DNA from: Amoebophrya sp. A120
Taxonomy: Eukaryota > Protista > Dinoflagellata
Assembly: GCA_905178155.1 (NCBI GenBank)
Contig: CAJINV010000001.1
Coordinates: forward strand, 9,569,865 to 9,633,864
Length of the DNA: 64,000 nucleotides
Direction: 5' to 3'
Of this stretch, positions 11,445-24,623 are shown piece by piece. Every line of letters begins with the position of its first letter. Position 1 is the stretch's first letter. A program made the position numbers and the translations under genes. Under the pieces are notes generated by a model that had not been told where the DNA came from, searched no databases, and saw only the letters and a list, made by a program, of their open reading frames with translations.

Positions 11445-12237
11445 CTTTTTTCTTTTGGGAGTGCTTGAGAGTCCGTCCGTCTCTATCTACGAAATCTAAA
11501 TCGCTTGTTGATCGAGACTATTCCTATAATTAGATTTTCAAATGTTCTTCACTGCCCCAGCGCTACCAACAACACGACAAGGTAAAAACGGCCAAACATG
11601 AATGGGTACTACAGAAGCCATGGGCATCTCGAAACACCACGAAAATGTGGTCATCGTCCTCTACTACACGTACTTATTGTGGCGGACTGCAAGTCGTGCA
11701 ATACATTCCTTGACACAAAACCCAAATACTTGCGATTATGAACATTGCGCTGGCCTTGTTAATGACCTATCCATTTCATCATTTCTTTTTCAGTTCTATT
11801 TCTATGAAATTCACACCAATTCTTTGTCTTTTTGGTTTACTTTTTTTTCCTTTGTGATTTCAACCTGAATGAGGAGAGTCTGAGAAGGAGAAGCAACAAC
11901 AATAGCATTGATCCAAATATCACAAACAGAAACACGACAACGTAAACTCGTACACTGTTTTACATACATTTGTTCGATCTTTGCGAAAAAGCTGCACACT
12001 GCATCATCTTCTCTTAAGAATAAGAAGGTTTGGAGGGGTTTGAAATACTTGATCGCCTCATCGCTGCGAAAAATCGCCTTAGTTGTATCTTGGATTGATT
12101 ATTTCTATCGCTATGAAGCTTTCGATAATTCATGTTGATGGGCGGCTTCCCAGATCCCGAAACAAGCGATGATTTTTCCTGAAGCTCCTTCCTTGATAAA
12201 TTCTGGGCGGAATATCACATACCTGTATCTTCTACAA

Positions 12238-15200
12238 TTATTTTTTCAAGAAGAACTGACCGAGAAAGTCCTCATTCCGCTTGTGGATCGGGTCGTCTTC
12301 CGCCAGTTTGTGCCGCGCCTGAACCTCCGTCACCACGTCTGCCAGGGCTCGAATTCGTTTCTTCGTCGGTGAGGCGGAGTTGCTGGTTCCCGGCGAATGC
12401 GACGGCAGCATGAGGTCCTTCATCAGGTCTCCGCTGTCTCCCATCTGCAGAAACCCAGGCTTCTTCCGCGGCGGCGACGCTGACGCGGAGTACTGCTCGG
12501 GTTGCGGACTGCTCTTGTCCGCCCGGAGCTGAGCGAGCTGGCTGGCGAAGGCGGAGTACAAGGGTGAGTTTAGCGATCGATTCAACGCGAAAGCTGCTTC
12601 CCGGGGGCGATTCCGGCTGAGTGGAATCGCCGAAGAACTGTACGGCGAGCTGGCAGAGTCGTTTGCGGTTACTTCTGCAGTTGTAGCTTGTGCTGCGGCA
12701 AACGCTCTCGTAGTCCCCCGGGATTGCAAATCTTGGCGAGCCGCATCCGCATCAGACCGTAAGTGTTTGTCATCGTCGGTCGCAAAAATAGAGGACTTGC
12801 GCGCACGTGGGCCTCCACGCGACAGATTACCCGTACGGGAGGAAGTGCCGCTTGTTCCACCCGGTGTACTAGAGCCAGTGGCCAAATCTAACGGAGAGTG
12901 TGGGCTCTGCGCGTGCGACCCAATCCACCGCGAAGGTTGGTCCGCTTTTCTTGCCTCCAAAATGGAATTGAGCACCTGGGTCGTTGACTCTGTTTCTTGC
13001 CCCGCGGCGTAGCCAAAATTTTGTCGTTGCTCCATTTCTTCTCCGACGGCTGCGTGCGAATTTGCCACTGTCAGTTTTGCGCCCTTGTCGTCTGAACCAT
13101 CAGCATGAGCAGCTCCTTTTCTATCATGCCCAGACTTGACAGCAGAACTTTTACGATTATCCGGTTCCGTCGCGTGACTCGCCTCTGTTGGCGTTCTTCT
13201 CGATGGCAAAGGTAGCGTCATTGAACTTGAGCCGCTCGCACTGGATGCGGAGGATGATGGCACGTCCGTATCAGTGGTAGACGCGTTTTCCGCTGCCGAA
13301 CTGCTGGCGCTGCTGCTGCCACCTCCAGCACTCCCTCGGCCGTGGTACACCTTCTTCATCAGTGAGTTAGAGTTCGCGCCGTCGATTACAAGTACTGAAC
13401 GGCTGCTGGTACCTCCATTGTTCTGGTTTTCACCTCCACTCCATTCTGCAGCATCAGGAACGGAATCCACGTCATCCTGGTTTTTCTTTCTTGCAGCGGT
13501 GGAAACTGCAGAAGAAGAACTACCGTCGACCTTATCTAGTCCCCCCGAGTGGGTCGTGGATGAAGACAGTGGGTTGAAGTAAACAGATGGAAGCGCGGAG
13601 GAAGAGGAGGCACCAGCACCAGGCACGTGCTGATGGTCGTGAGCAGAAACGGAAAGGTGCACGGGCGATTGTGGGGGGGCGCCCGGCACGGCTGAAGAAT
13701 CATTTTCGGCAAGATTTTTTGCAGCGTCGAAGGGAAACGCTGTTGAGCTCCCGCTTGCAGGAGCGTCTGCAGACTTTTCTTCCCGGACGCTCCCGTCCGC
13801 TGCGACGCTGAGCATTGAGACCTGTGGAAGTTTGTGTACTCGTTGCGCGCTATCTTCTCCTTCGGCAACCACCTCATACCCGAGTAGGTTGTTTTTGCTG
13901 GTTCTACTTGAGGACCTACCCGACGGCGAGGAGGAGCTCTTTTGGTCATTTTTCCCCTTTGCTCCGTGCTTGCCCGACGCGCTGGGACTCCCGTCTGCGG
14001 CAGAAGATTTGCCCGGCGACGAGGAATTTCCCCCGTTTGCTGACGTGGAAAGAACGCTGTTGCTCTTCTGAGTCAAAAACCCCTGAATGGTGTCCCGCAT
14101 GCGGGACTCGTAAGCGCGAAAGTCCAACGGAGACAAAGCTGCACCCTTTTGCCAGTTCACGTTAGACACCAGAAAATTCATGTCGTGCAGATGAAACTGC
14201 AGCGTGGTCCCGAGGTAGAAGGGCTTTCCGCACAACGCATCACCAGCGAAGCAGACCACCGTGTTTTGCTGAGGCTCGTTGTCCGTAGTCTGGTTCTCCT
14301 TCGCGTCCTCTTCCGATTCGCCGCCGGAGGAGCTTGGTTTTTCTGCGCGCGGTAGCGTCAGAACAATATCCGGCAACACACCTTGAAACTTGTTGCTCGG
14401 CGAGGATGCATCGCCGCGCTTCGGCGACTGGGAGCCGTTTCTTTTTGGGGAAGAGCTACTGTTTCCATGATCTCCACCAGCGCGTTTCGGTGACGGTGAG
14501 GTGCCTCGTCCGGGGGAAGGGCCAGAAGTCGCAACATGGGCGTTGTTCTGTCGCGGTGCGAGCCGCAGCCCCCAGTGGTTCGCCTCGGTAACATTGACGG
14601 TGATTCCGAACGCCTTCTCATAGTCGATGCTGCTTTCCATCGCGAGAAACAAGGGGTCGCCCGTGTCCGTGTCCACAAAACCCGACGAAGCCATCTCGGC
14701 GAAGCTCTGGAAGTGCTTTCTCTGTGGCTGCGACTCGTCGCCTTCACCGAGCGCCGCAGCGACCTCGTCTAACTCCTCCCCGTCACCGTTTCCATCTGCG
14801 CCGCCCGTTGCCCCTGCACTAGTATCGCCAATCTCTTGTTGCTGCTCTCGGCTGCTCCCATCTGCATGATCGTCCGCCGCCGCTGCTGACATCTTTCTCA
14901 GGGACTTCTTTCCCGCCGCGCTTGTCTTCGCCTGATGATTTTTGCTGGTAACCGCGTGGGACGGACTGCTTGAACCTGCGGCTCCAGTACCACCTTTTGC
15001 GTTTGGACTACCACTCACGTCTTTTGTGCGTTTGAAGATTTGCTTTTCGTACCGCAGCAGCCACACCCAGCCGTACGTGCCGAGCTCGCGGATGATGATG
15101 TTCTCGTTGCGCAACAAAGAATTGTTGTATTTCCGATCCTGGATGGAACGGAACTCCGTGAGATCCTGCTCCACCGGTACCACAGCTCCCGTCGTTGTCC

Positions 15201-17135
15201 CTTTCGACGGAGATGCCGTTGCACTGCTCCCCGTGCCGGTTGCAAATATCGAAGATGCGGAGGAACTACTCCCGTTAGTACTAGTACCCGCCGCGGCCTC
15301 CGCGCTAGCCTGCTTCGCGACGACAGCTAGACTTTTTGGAACTACTGCCCCTCGCTTTCTGTAGCTCAAAATCGTTGCTTTAGTGAGGTTCATCTTCTTA
15401 TGCAAGTGAGACACTGCGCTCTTCCCCGAGCAAACAAAAGCCGCGTCAAACGTGGTGCCGTTGATGTGAAACCCAGGCGGATTAGACGGCTCGATGGAAG
15501 ATCCCGCGCGTTGGTTTTTTCGACGAATCGCGTCCAAGGCGCGACTGCCTGTTGATGTATGTTCATTTTCCTCGTCCTCGTTGTTTCCTGCGAACTTCTG
15601 TTCTTGGTTGTTTTCAAAGAACGAGTCTTCCCACCGGCTCTTCACGACGTCGAAGATCTTCATGTCCAGATCCACGGGGGTATGCCAGTGGAACTTCACG
15701 ATCGGCCACCAGAACTTCTCCAATTCCTGCCGAAGCGTTTTTTCCAACTCCGCCAGCGGCGCACAGGGCGACCATCCGCGCGTCGATTTACTCAAGTGGC
15801 GAAGCAGCAAACCCTCGGTCTGCGTCGACAGCGCCAGTAAAATGCTCCGCGTCCCGTGCTGCTTGTAGGGCCGCTTTTCGTAAATGTGGATACGGAGGAG
15901 GTGATTCTGGTCCGCGCCGAAATTCAGCTTACTGTTGGTAAGGGACATGCTGCGCGCCCGGCGGGGATTAATCGACCGGCCGCGCGGAAAGAGGCCATCG
16001 GCCACCGTGGCGGCGCCAATCGGGCTGTCTGCTACTTTTGATGGAGAGGAGGTACTCCCGCTCTCGGATGGTTCTGGTGTTTTGTTGTTCTCTTCCTTGT
16101 TTCTTCTCGCTCCGCGCGCCGGCGTCGTGACTCGTTGCGTGCTCCGGCTTTGGGGACGCGATTGCGAAATCACGAGTGGTGGCTGTATCGCATTTTGCTG
16201 CAAATCGCCGGTGGTGCGAAGGGGACTGCTAATGGCGTTCGAGTGTGCTCCTGGCGTGTCTGTCCGTTGGTGTTCGATTTGCGCCACAGTACTGCGAAAG
16301 AGCTTCTCCAGCTCATCGCGCATCCGTGCGTGTTCCGGACTACTGTCTCGCCCACTGTCGAGATCCAGTGCATTCTCAGACTTCTTTTCCTCCTTCCCCT
16401 TCTTGTCCTTGTTCCCTGCTCCCCCTTCCGATTTTCCTCGTTTTTTCGAGCGGAAAAAGCCAGCAGCGATTTGACTTGCGAGTAGGTGCTCCTTTCCCTT
16501 CGGATAGTAGTGTCGGCACAGGAGGAGTGCGAGCCAAAGCCCCACGGGGCCTGCGCCCACGATTGCTATTCTCGTGCAGGCCTTCTTGTTGACCCCGCGT
16601 TGAACTTCCGCAATGCGCTCCGCTGCCTGCGCACGCGCTGTCGCCGCTTCTGCAACAGAGACCAAATCCACTGCAGGTGATGGTCGCTGCTTCGCGGGCG
16701 AGGTCGACTGCCGATAGTTAGGAGAAGTTTGGAGGTTTCATCTATGTGGTTTGCGCTCCGCATGTGTATCGTTAGAACATGTGTGTGGCTCCTGTAAAGT
16801 CGAAAAACAAAGGGAAGTCGTCGACAACAGAGAGTTATATATACCTTCTGCTTCGCATTCTTCCCCTTGCTCGCCTTGTCCTTGACGCGTTGTACGGCTT
16901 TCAACACACCCGGGCTCAAACCATCCAACGCACCGGTGGTGCGTGCCAGCATTGGCACTTGCACTTGGTCAACTTCCGGACTTACGCTAAGCTGGTCAAA
17001 ACTGAACACGCTCGACTTCACTGGAGAGTGTCCCGTCAAAGTGAGCGCTGCGTGGTCGGGATCCCCAACGCCCACTTGCGGAGACGCTGCACGCGCGGCG
17101 CTGGGGCTAGATACTGTTTTGGTTCCGGTGAACAT
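12238..17135 (-). CDS. FAD-dependent monooxygenase (PHBH fold, MICAL-like motifs) with very large low-complexity insertions, ~1586 aa, 2 exons
   Basis: Exon 1 16845-17135, GT-AG intron 16708-16844 (CTAAC branch site), exon 2 12238-16707. Motifs: RIAIVGAGPVGLWLALLL (GxGxxG), IHIYEKR, FDAAFVCSGK, FAGDALCGKPFYLGTT. Confidence 0.7.
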
Positions 17136-18060
17136 GATGAATGGCAAGCACTAAACCAAAACCGTCACACTTTAAAGTCAAACACAAAGAGGCCTAAGCC
17201 TAACAAGCCTGCTTCGTGCTCTACAATAAATTAAATCTGCTAAGCAGGTAGAAAGATATATATTCCACCACAGTATGAACGATGCAACAACATCGAACAG
17301 AATGTGAATGAGACCAGCACGAGATGGCGACTTCGATATTGTATTTTCAGAGAACGAGTACGATGTGGCAGCAAAGGATTGCTACATTTTCTACTTCCTA
17401 CATGAGGCTAGCTACAACGAATATATGCATGCGTTGGCACCACTCTGCTTATCTATGTAGTGGGTCTCTACTTCGCAGACACGACGACGAGCAAAACGAA
17501 TACGACTTAGACGATCGTCGATTTGGATTTGACGATGACGATTCGAAGGGGATACAAACATAAAAACAAGGCCAGGCTCCCGTGGTGATTGGTCCCAGGA
17601 AGACCGTGGCGGACGGTTAGGCATATGTTTGATAGCAGCATCAACGTGAATCTACAAGATCGAAGTTTTTACCGTCACCGTCAGTCCTCTTGGTGATCAT
17701 CTCGCAAAGGTAAATCTACAAGCTCCTCTGTGCATTTCCAGTTCTGACACTGACAGTGTTTTTCAAACCAGTCCGTAGTGCAGCTGCTGCTAGTAACTGC
17801 TGGTTGTACTACTTTTCGTGTCGTGAAACTACATTGATTAGGCTTAGTACCTGTTCTGTTCTTTCGCAGAAAGCGAAACAAGATACAGAAACATACGTGG
17901 CTAAGAAATTGATAAAAGTCTATTCTTGAGTTCTCAATACGTGCGGAACTGAAACTCAAGCATCCCACCTCCTCGATAGTCGAGAAAACTGGTTTATTCA
18001 TTTTTCCTTCTACTTCAGAACTTTGTACATTTTTTCACCTCGTATTTCAGTACCCGACCG

Positions 18061-20995
18061 CTACTTCGCTCCCATCAGGTACGCGATGCTGATCCGTGGC
18101 CCGCAATCTTGGTCCATTTTGGGGATGCCGTGGTTGTGGTTTGCGTTCCACTCCGCGTTGAAGTACATGGAACTGCCACTGTGCAGCCACACGCGCTCCG
18201 TCCTCCCCTCGCAACTGTCCCCACAGGGAAGCAAGTGCGAAAATTCGTCCGTCAACGTCTCCATGGTGCAAACCCGACTGCTACCCAGCGAAAAGCACAC
18301 CGTGCCGACACACTCGCGGAAAGAGCACGTGCAGTTCGGGCCGGCGCGCTGTTTGCCACTGTAAATGTCGCGGTGCTGGTCGTGATAGGAGTTTGGGGAG
18401 GGATGAAAGTTGCACTGCACCGCGGTCACGTACCCGGGCGCGTACTTCTTTTCGCAGTACGCGCACAGTTTCAGCATCATGTCCGCGCACTTCCGGCGCC
18501 CAGCCCGCTCCAGCTGCCGCTGCAGCGCCACCATGCTCTGGTTACGGTCGAAGGCGGAAAAGATCAGTTTCCCACCCGCCTTCCAGACGGAACCCTCCTC
18601 CACCGCCAGGGCGGACTCGACCAGCTCCCGGAACAGAATCTCGTCTGCGTTCTTGCCGTACCACTTCCCGAGACAATCTTGGATCGCATCTGGTGGATGT
18701 CATAATCATGATGTACTTAGATCCGATGTTAAGTCAAAGTCGATTTTGGTATTCAAGACTCTTTATCAGTACTGTACTAGTCGATCAATGTTGAAATCAG
18801 AAAAAGAGTTCAAGACAGATCCATTAGAGTGCTATCGCGCCCCAGTGGAGCAAGCGCAGGTAGGCACGTCATGACTTAACCCTCTTCAGCATGAAGAACC
18901 TACGGAAGCAAATTATCCTGTACTTGGAATGAATTCCAAAACTTCGCCTGGATTCTCGTGTACGTTGCAGGCACAGTTCGCACTTGCAGTGCAAGGTGTG
19001 TTGTCGCGCAAGATAGTGTTGTAGTAGTCCGGCGGATGGTTCGCCCCCTCGACACTGCCGGGCTTCAGCTTCTTCAGCGTAAAGGAGCACGCGGCTGCTT
19101 CCGCCTCGTCCGCCGGCGCCTCTGTTGCTGCAGCAGTTACGGACTCGGATGATTCGACCACAGCGCTGGAGGTTCCCGGTGGCTCTACTTCTTCCCCCTC
19201 GGCAAGAACGGAACCAGTAGTCGCACAACTCTCGTCCGCGACACTGGCAGTGCACGAGGCGGAGGCCGCGTCTGTGGTAGAAGCCGCGGCGATGCTAGGC
19301 GTTTTCGCGACAAAAACCATGTTAGCCGAGTTATCCGGCAAGTGGTCGACCTCTTCCTTTACCAGACTCGCCGGCTTCGTCGACGTCACCTTGTCCCACT
19401 GCATCATCTCCCGCAACGCCTCGTGGCTGCAGCCCTCGTTCACGTGCTTCCCCTCACTTTTCAACTTTTTCACCACCATCTATGCATTGCAAAAGTATCG
19501 TACTAGTATAAATTGCATCACAAATTTTTTCAAGAAGAAAAATGGAATTTGTAATGCTGATTTACCCAAAAAGGGATATTTGTCATGCATGATAGCAATT
19601 ACTACGAGTACGATACTTTTGCACAGGATACCATCTCGGCCTTGTCGATGTCGGCGAGCAGGCAACCCGCCACGTATGGATTGCAAAAATGTCTGGGTCT
19701 GGAACGTTGGACCTTGTAATGCTGGTCTTGCATTCCTGTGAAATCTGTATTGCATGACCAAGAACAGTGGTAGCCTCTTATGTCATACAAAAACGCAGCT
19801 TCTCATGCGGAGTTCGTATGAAAAGGCGCGCTGCAACCTTGTCATGCTTTCCTGCATAAGGAAGTGACTTCCTCTTGCACATTTTAGCATCACAAATTTC
19901 CAGACCCAGACATTTTTGCATTTGATACCACGCGCGCCTTCGCAATTTGCGCGACTAAGCTGTCGTAATTGCCCTCGTCGCAGGCCTCGCGCATGGCCTG
20001 CAGCTGCAGCCGTCGCTTCAGCTCCGTTGCAGACGCTTTCCGGATTTTCACCAGAAGCAAGCGCTGGGGGGGACTCGTAGCGGCGTCGGCAATGTCGGCG
20101 AAATCGCCACGCCAGCAGGGGAAGATTTCGAGTTCCGCAGCGTGCCCCTCTTCGGGTTTCTCGGAAAACGCATCTCGCCAATCCCAGGATGGTGCGCCGA
20201 GCGCGGTGAACTTCGTACGGCCGGGCTCACCGACGAAAGCCGTTTGGTTACCGGACCGCGTGCGCGAAAACATGCCACCTGACGTAGTTTTTTTAGAAAC
20301 AAGTTTATGCCTTGCTGTCGCAGCTTCTACTTTTGCGGAAGCATACTCACGGCCCATCATTGCCTTTGGTACTGTGCAACTATCCGAGACTGAAGAGAAC
20401 AAGAATGGCACATTAAATGTAAATCAAAACTATCAGTACCTGAAACCGCCCCGGACCCTGCGGAAAATTCAATCGGATCAAAACCAGGAATGTGCAGACA
20501 TCCACGCAGACCGTTGTAGGTTGCAGTATTTGTGTCCCGAATTCGGTGCGGCAGCGCCTTTCCACCGGTGGCGGAAACCTCCTTTGCCATGGAAGTGGAG
20601 GAAAAGACCTTGACATTCTCCACGTGTTCTAACGAGGAATCGGTCACCGTCACCCGGACCAGAAACTGCTCCTGTTGCACGGGCTGGAATTTCAGGACAT
20701 TTTTCGCAAAAGACGCGAGAGAGCTTGAGCGTCCTGGTTTCCTGCTTCCAGATGCGGCCCCCGTAAGTCCCGCTGCGCTTTTGCTTTTCTTCAAATTTTT
20801 TTTGCTCGTAGACTTTAATGCAGTTACAGGCTCCGTTGCTGCTGCGCTGGAAAAGGGCTGCTCCGCGGAAGAGCTGGAAGCCCCTGCGTCTTCCGCAGTA
20901 TCGCCTTTTTTTGATGCAGGCTCCTCTACGTCCGCGGCCGCAGCGGTGCGGCCGCGCCGAGTAAGGAAGGAACCAAATGACTTTGTGCGCTTCAT
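18061..20995 (-). CDS. AlkB-family (ALKBH2/3-like) 2OG-Fe(II) dioxygenase with long N-terminal extension, ~745 aa, 5 exons
   Basis: Exons 20440-20995, 19928-20389, 19631-19669, 18924-19475 and 18061-18689 total 2238 nt, in frame. Two introns are GT-AG and two are TIR elements. Motifs: VLEFIPNAI, CNFHP...HDQHRD (HxD), SLGSSR, LHSGSSMYF...NHGIPK, PRISI. Confidence 0.75.
19481..19630. mobile_element. TIR MITE/introner, family B copy 1 (150 bp), within the AlkB-like coding sequence
   Basis: Ends TATGCATTGCAAAAGTATCGTACTAGTA and (reverse complement) TATCCTGTGCAAAAGTATCGTACTCGTA; flanked by 5-bp direct repeat CCATC (19476-19480, 19631-19635). Confidence 0.9.
19675..19927. mobile_element. TIR MITE/introner, family A copy 1 (253 bp), within the AlkB-like coding sequence
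   Basis: Ends TATGGATTGCAAAAATGTCTGGGTCTGGAA and (reverse complement) TATCAAATGCAAAAATGTCTGGGTCTGGAA; 5-bp TSD CCACG (19670-19674, 19928-19932). Removal gives KARVAGCLLADIDKAEM. Confidence 0.92.
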
Positions 20996-22254
20996 GGATG
21001 GAGGTATTGGTGCGATTCTGCTTACCAACAAAAAACGCGTCGACTACAAACCACGACAAATGCCTGTCGGATAGAAATAAGAAGAGGCCTCAATGACACA
21101 TCATATCACCACGGAAGATCAACGACGATTGGCGGATCAACCAACGACAACGATTCATGGAGTTGGAGAATCATTAGTGAAGAGACAAAATAGTTGAACT
21201 CTTGTCAGTGTCAAGGAGCGAAAGCGAATGCGAATGCGAAGCAAGTATATCATACGAAAAGCACGACGATAAACAAGCCGACTACGATTTCGATTGGAGA
21301 AGGTGCGAGAAAGCGACAACGAAATACATGTCCATGAATGTTTCGGCAGCTGAGGACAGCCTTATGTATGATTTTGAACTCCATCAAAATTGCTCACTAC
21401 TGACCAGCGTGCTGCCAGGTGCGCCAGCGGAGGGCCAGAGCTTGTGTCCTTTGATTTTTTTGAAACTTGACTTCATGAGCTTAAATCTACTTCTTGTTTT
21501 GGTTGCGTTGCGAGCGTGCCGGTGACTGCGAAGAAAATCATATCATCAAGGTTCATATAACGAGAGCCGTCTCGCGGTATAGCTCCTTGTTCGCTGGTCG
21601 TTTGAAAGTCTTGCGAGTTGTACTTGTATGGAAGTGTAAAAGTAGCCTTGGTCGCAGTAGTTTGCGGATTTTTTTCCGAGCTTGCGAATCCAGCAGACTG
21701 TAAACAACGCCACCAGTGGTGTCCTGGATGGCATTGTTGACCCAGTCGCGATATACTTCAAAAACGATGGTCGTAGTTTTTCCTATCCGTTTTTACATAT
21801 TTCACAAAAAGATTCTTAGAAATTCAGCTGAGAAAAGCAGGTGGCATTCAGGTTCATTTTTCTGCGGAATACTCCTTTCGTTTGAAGTTGTCTCATATAT
21901 CGCACACCAGATCTAGACCTGCTGACGGAAACGTTTTTCATCCAAAGGTTTCGTGCCTTGATATCATCTAGAAAAAGAGACGAGAGACCAGGTGTCCTAG
22001 CATTTAGATAGAGAGATGAAGTGTAGCGAATTGCAGTAGTAGAAAATCGATTTTAAACAAATGAAGGGACTAAGAAGTTGCCTTTGTAAGCTTTTTTTTT
22101 CTCTTCGTACAGAGAACCAAAGCTCACTGCTTCAACTTCTTTCTTTCCTTTGAGAGCAGCGTTCTAACTGAAAATGAACTGACGGAGGTATCGTACTGCC
22201 TTGATGTAGAAATCTTACTTCTGTGTCGTGCTGCGGTACTACTGCAACTGCGTC

Positions 22255-24623
22255 TTACGCGGCGGCAGCGGGGGCTTCCTCGCCACCAGCCTTCTTCTTG
22301 TTGGCGCGCTTTTTCCTCGGGGCGACCGACTGGGTGAGCAATTTCTTAAGGCCTTCGTCCTCAACGGTGTACCCAGATTCCAACACATCCGACTGAGCAA
22401 ACGGGATGCCGGTGATCTTCTTGGTGCCGCCTGTCAAATGATGGTAAAAAGGTGGAATGAAAAAATGATCGGGCGTGACACACCATGCGGAGCAAAAATG
22501 GAGTGAAGTAAAGGAATAGCAAGGCGCTGCCAAAGATTATGTTCTTGTTCATCGATTTCAACAAGAAATCCAAAATTCCTTACCTGGCAGCAGCAAGACG
22601 GTGAATTTGAACTGGGCGATGTATTCTCCCGGGCGCTCCGCCAAGACTGGGTACTCGTGCAACAATTGGTGGCGCTTCGCCTCGGAAACACCCACCCGAG
22701 CGCACTGCTCGTCCTCAATATTGGCGAGGGAGAAGGGCAAAGACGGGAACCGCTTGCCGACCTCGGAAATAAACTGTCTGGCCTTTGTCGTCTTCAAAAT
22801 GTACTGGTTTTCCTGGGCGCGCTTGTAGACCTGTAGTTTCAGTCGATGCAGGAATTCCAAATTGCAAGAATGAATGTGGCGTAGTTATGCAAAACAAAGC
22901 TATCGCACCTTCGACGTGATGAGAAAACTACTTACTCGTCCATCGAGGTGGACTCCTGCTTAGCTTTTTTCTCATGCAAACAAGAAAGCATGCAATTGCA
23001 TCAAACACACGAAGCCGAAGCACATCTCGGAAATGCAACTGGATAATACGGTGTGTCGGCACTCCATTTCCTTGGTCTTTCCATCGCCGGAGGAGAGCAT
23101 AAGATCCAGGGTGTAGGCCTGGTTGACTTCGAATTCGAACTCGTCGACCTTGTCGGTGTCGGTTTCTTTTCCCAAAATCGTCTTCTCGTCGTCAATTACG
23201 TGACGCTTCAGCAAGTGAGAGAGGACGCCTGTTTTTTCCAAAAAAGAAAAGTTTTTTTCCACAACAAGTTTACACAGAGGCGACAACAAGAAGAAACAGA
23301 CTCTTCTCGCTTCTAGTGCAAACAAAATGAATGGCACAATGCAAGTTCGTCCAAAAAAATCGTACCTGCGACCGGTTGGCACTTGAATTCATCGGCGGAT
23401 TTCTGGATGACTTGGGTAACTTGGGTGTTTTTGTTGCCGACCTGGAGGTAATTATATTTCATTTTGATTTTTGTCGAACATCGTAAGGCGAAAAAAAATC
23501 ATTTCCAAAATCACTGGACTTGGTATTCCAAGAAGCACAATGTTGCGCGTCTCCGTGTCATATCACCACACCAGACGATAATTAAAACCCTCCAATTGCA
23601 CATCGTTTAAATATCACACCTGCATCATTCTGACAGCAGCTTCTGCGGCGGTGTAGGCGGCTTGGACGACATCCGCTCGGCGATCCGCGACCTTTCCGGC
23701 TTCGTTCAACTGTCCCTTTTGGCTTGGAGAGTCTCCCTCACCTGATTTTTTCGTTGTAATCTGTGGAGGGCCTGCTGCTGCTGCTAGCGCTATCACGAGA
23801 GATAATCCGGGGGCAGCAGAAAAGCAATACGTACATTTACATACAAAATCAGGTAACAGTAAGTACCAGGCGGGAGCAGAATGGTGTGCGCGACCTGAGC
23901 GATAAAGCCGTCGATCTGCACACCAAGGTCGACTTTGACGATGTCTCCGCTGCGGAGCGGCTTGGATTCGCCCTTCAGTGGACTCATGTGGCCCGCAATC
24001 TCGTTCACGCTCACGCACGTCGGGAACCCAATGCCTGTAAATTCGCATTCAATTTCAATTTCCGGTTTCCGGATCAACATCAACGCAACACCAGTCAGAC
24101 TCAGAGCTCAATGCTAGAATTGCAATTGACATGGAATACGAACATTATGCCTAGTTGTAATTACCTTTTTCCATCTTTTTTCCCGCATCCTGCTTTTTGT
24201 TCTTGGAGTCTTTCTCTTCAGCTTCCTCGGTTTTTTTCACCTTTTTGTTGTATACCTTCCCTGTTTCCTCCAGAATCGTGTCGTCGCCTGTTGTGGAGAC
24301 ATTTTCATGTAAGTTTTCCCGTGTTGAAAAGTATCTCTTGTTCATGCCCATACGAACAAGGAAACGTACTTGAAACAGGATCAGCAAGGAAAAAATCTTT
24401 TCGAGAAGGGCATCAAATGCGCCCACTCCTGCTACTTGAATCATCTCTTACCGAGTCTGCAGAGGTCGAAGACCTCCACTCCCTCCTTGCACGCGCCCAG
24501 GACGACCTGCAGTGCCTTGTTGGCGATGTCCGCCGCCGTTCTGTATTTTGTGCACACATCCGGGTTTTCCAGGGTAAACTGCTCCTGGTTTTCCTGGCCG
24601 TCGTCACTGCGATCGCTCGACAT
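22255..24623 (-). CDS. PA2G4: Proliferation-associated protein 2G4 / EBP1 (M24 peptidase-fold ribosome-associated protein), about 8 exons
   Basis: Exon peptides: NPDVCTKYRTAADIANKAL, GDDTILEETGKVYNKK, EKGIGFPTCVSVNE..GDIVKVDLGVQIDGFIAQVAHT, RADVVQAAYTAAEAAVR, GVLSHLLKRHVIDDEKTI, FEVNQAYTLD, RFPSLPFSL..GVSEAKRHQLLHEYPVL..AQFKFTVLLLP. All introns are GT-AG. Confidence 0.93.

Noticed and set aside
19675-19927. Tc1/mariner-type element with TA target duplication
   Set aside because: The TA belongs to the TIR. A separate, variable 5-bp duplication flanks all five elements, and only removal of element plus 5 bp restores the frames.
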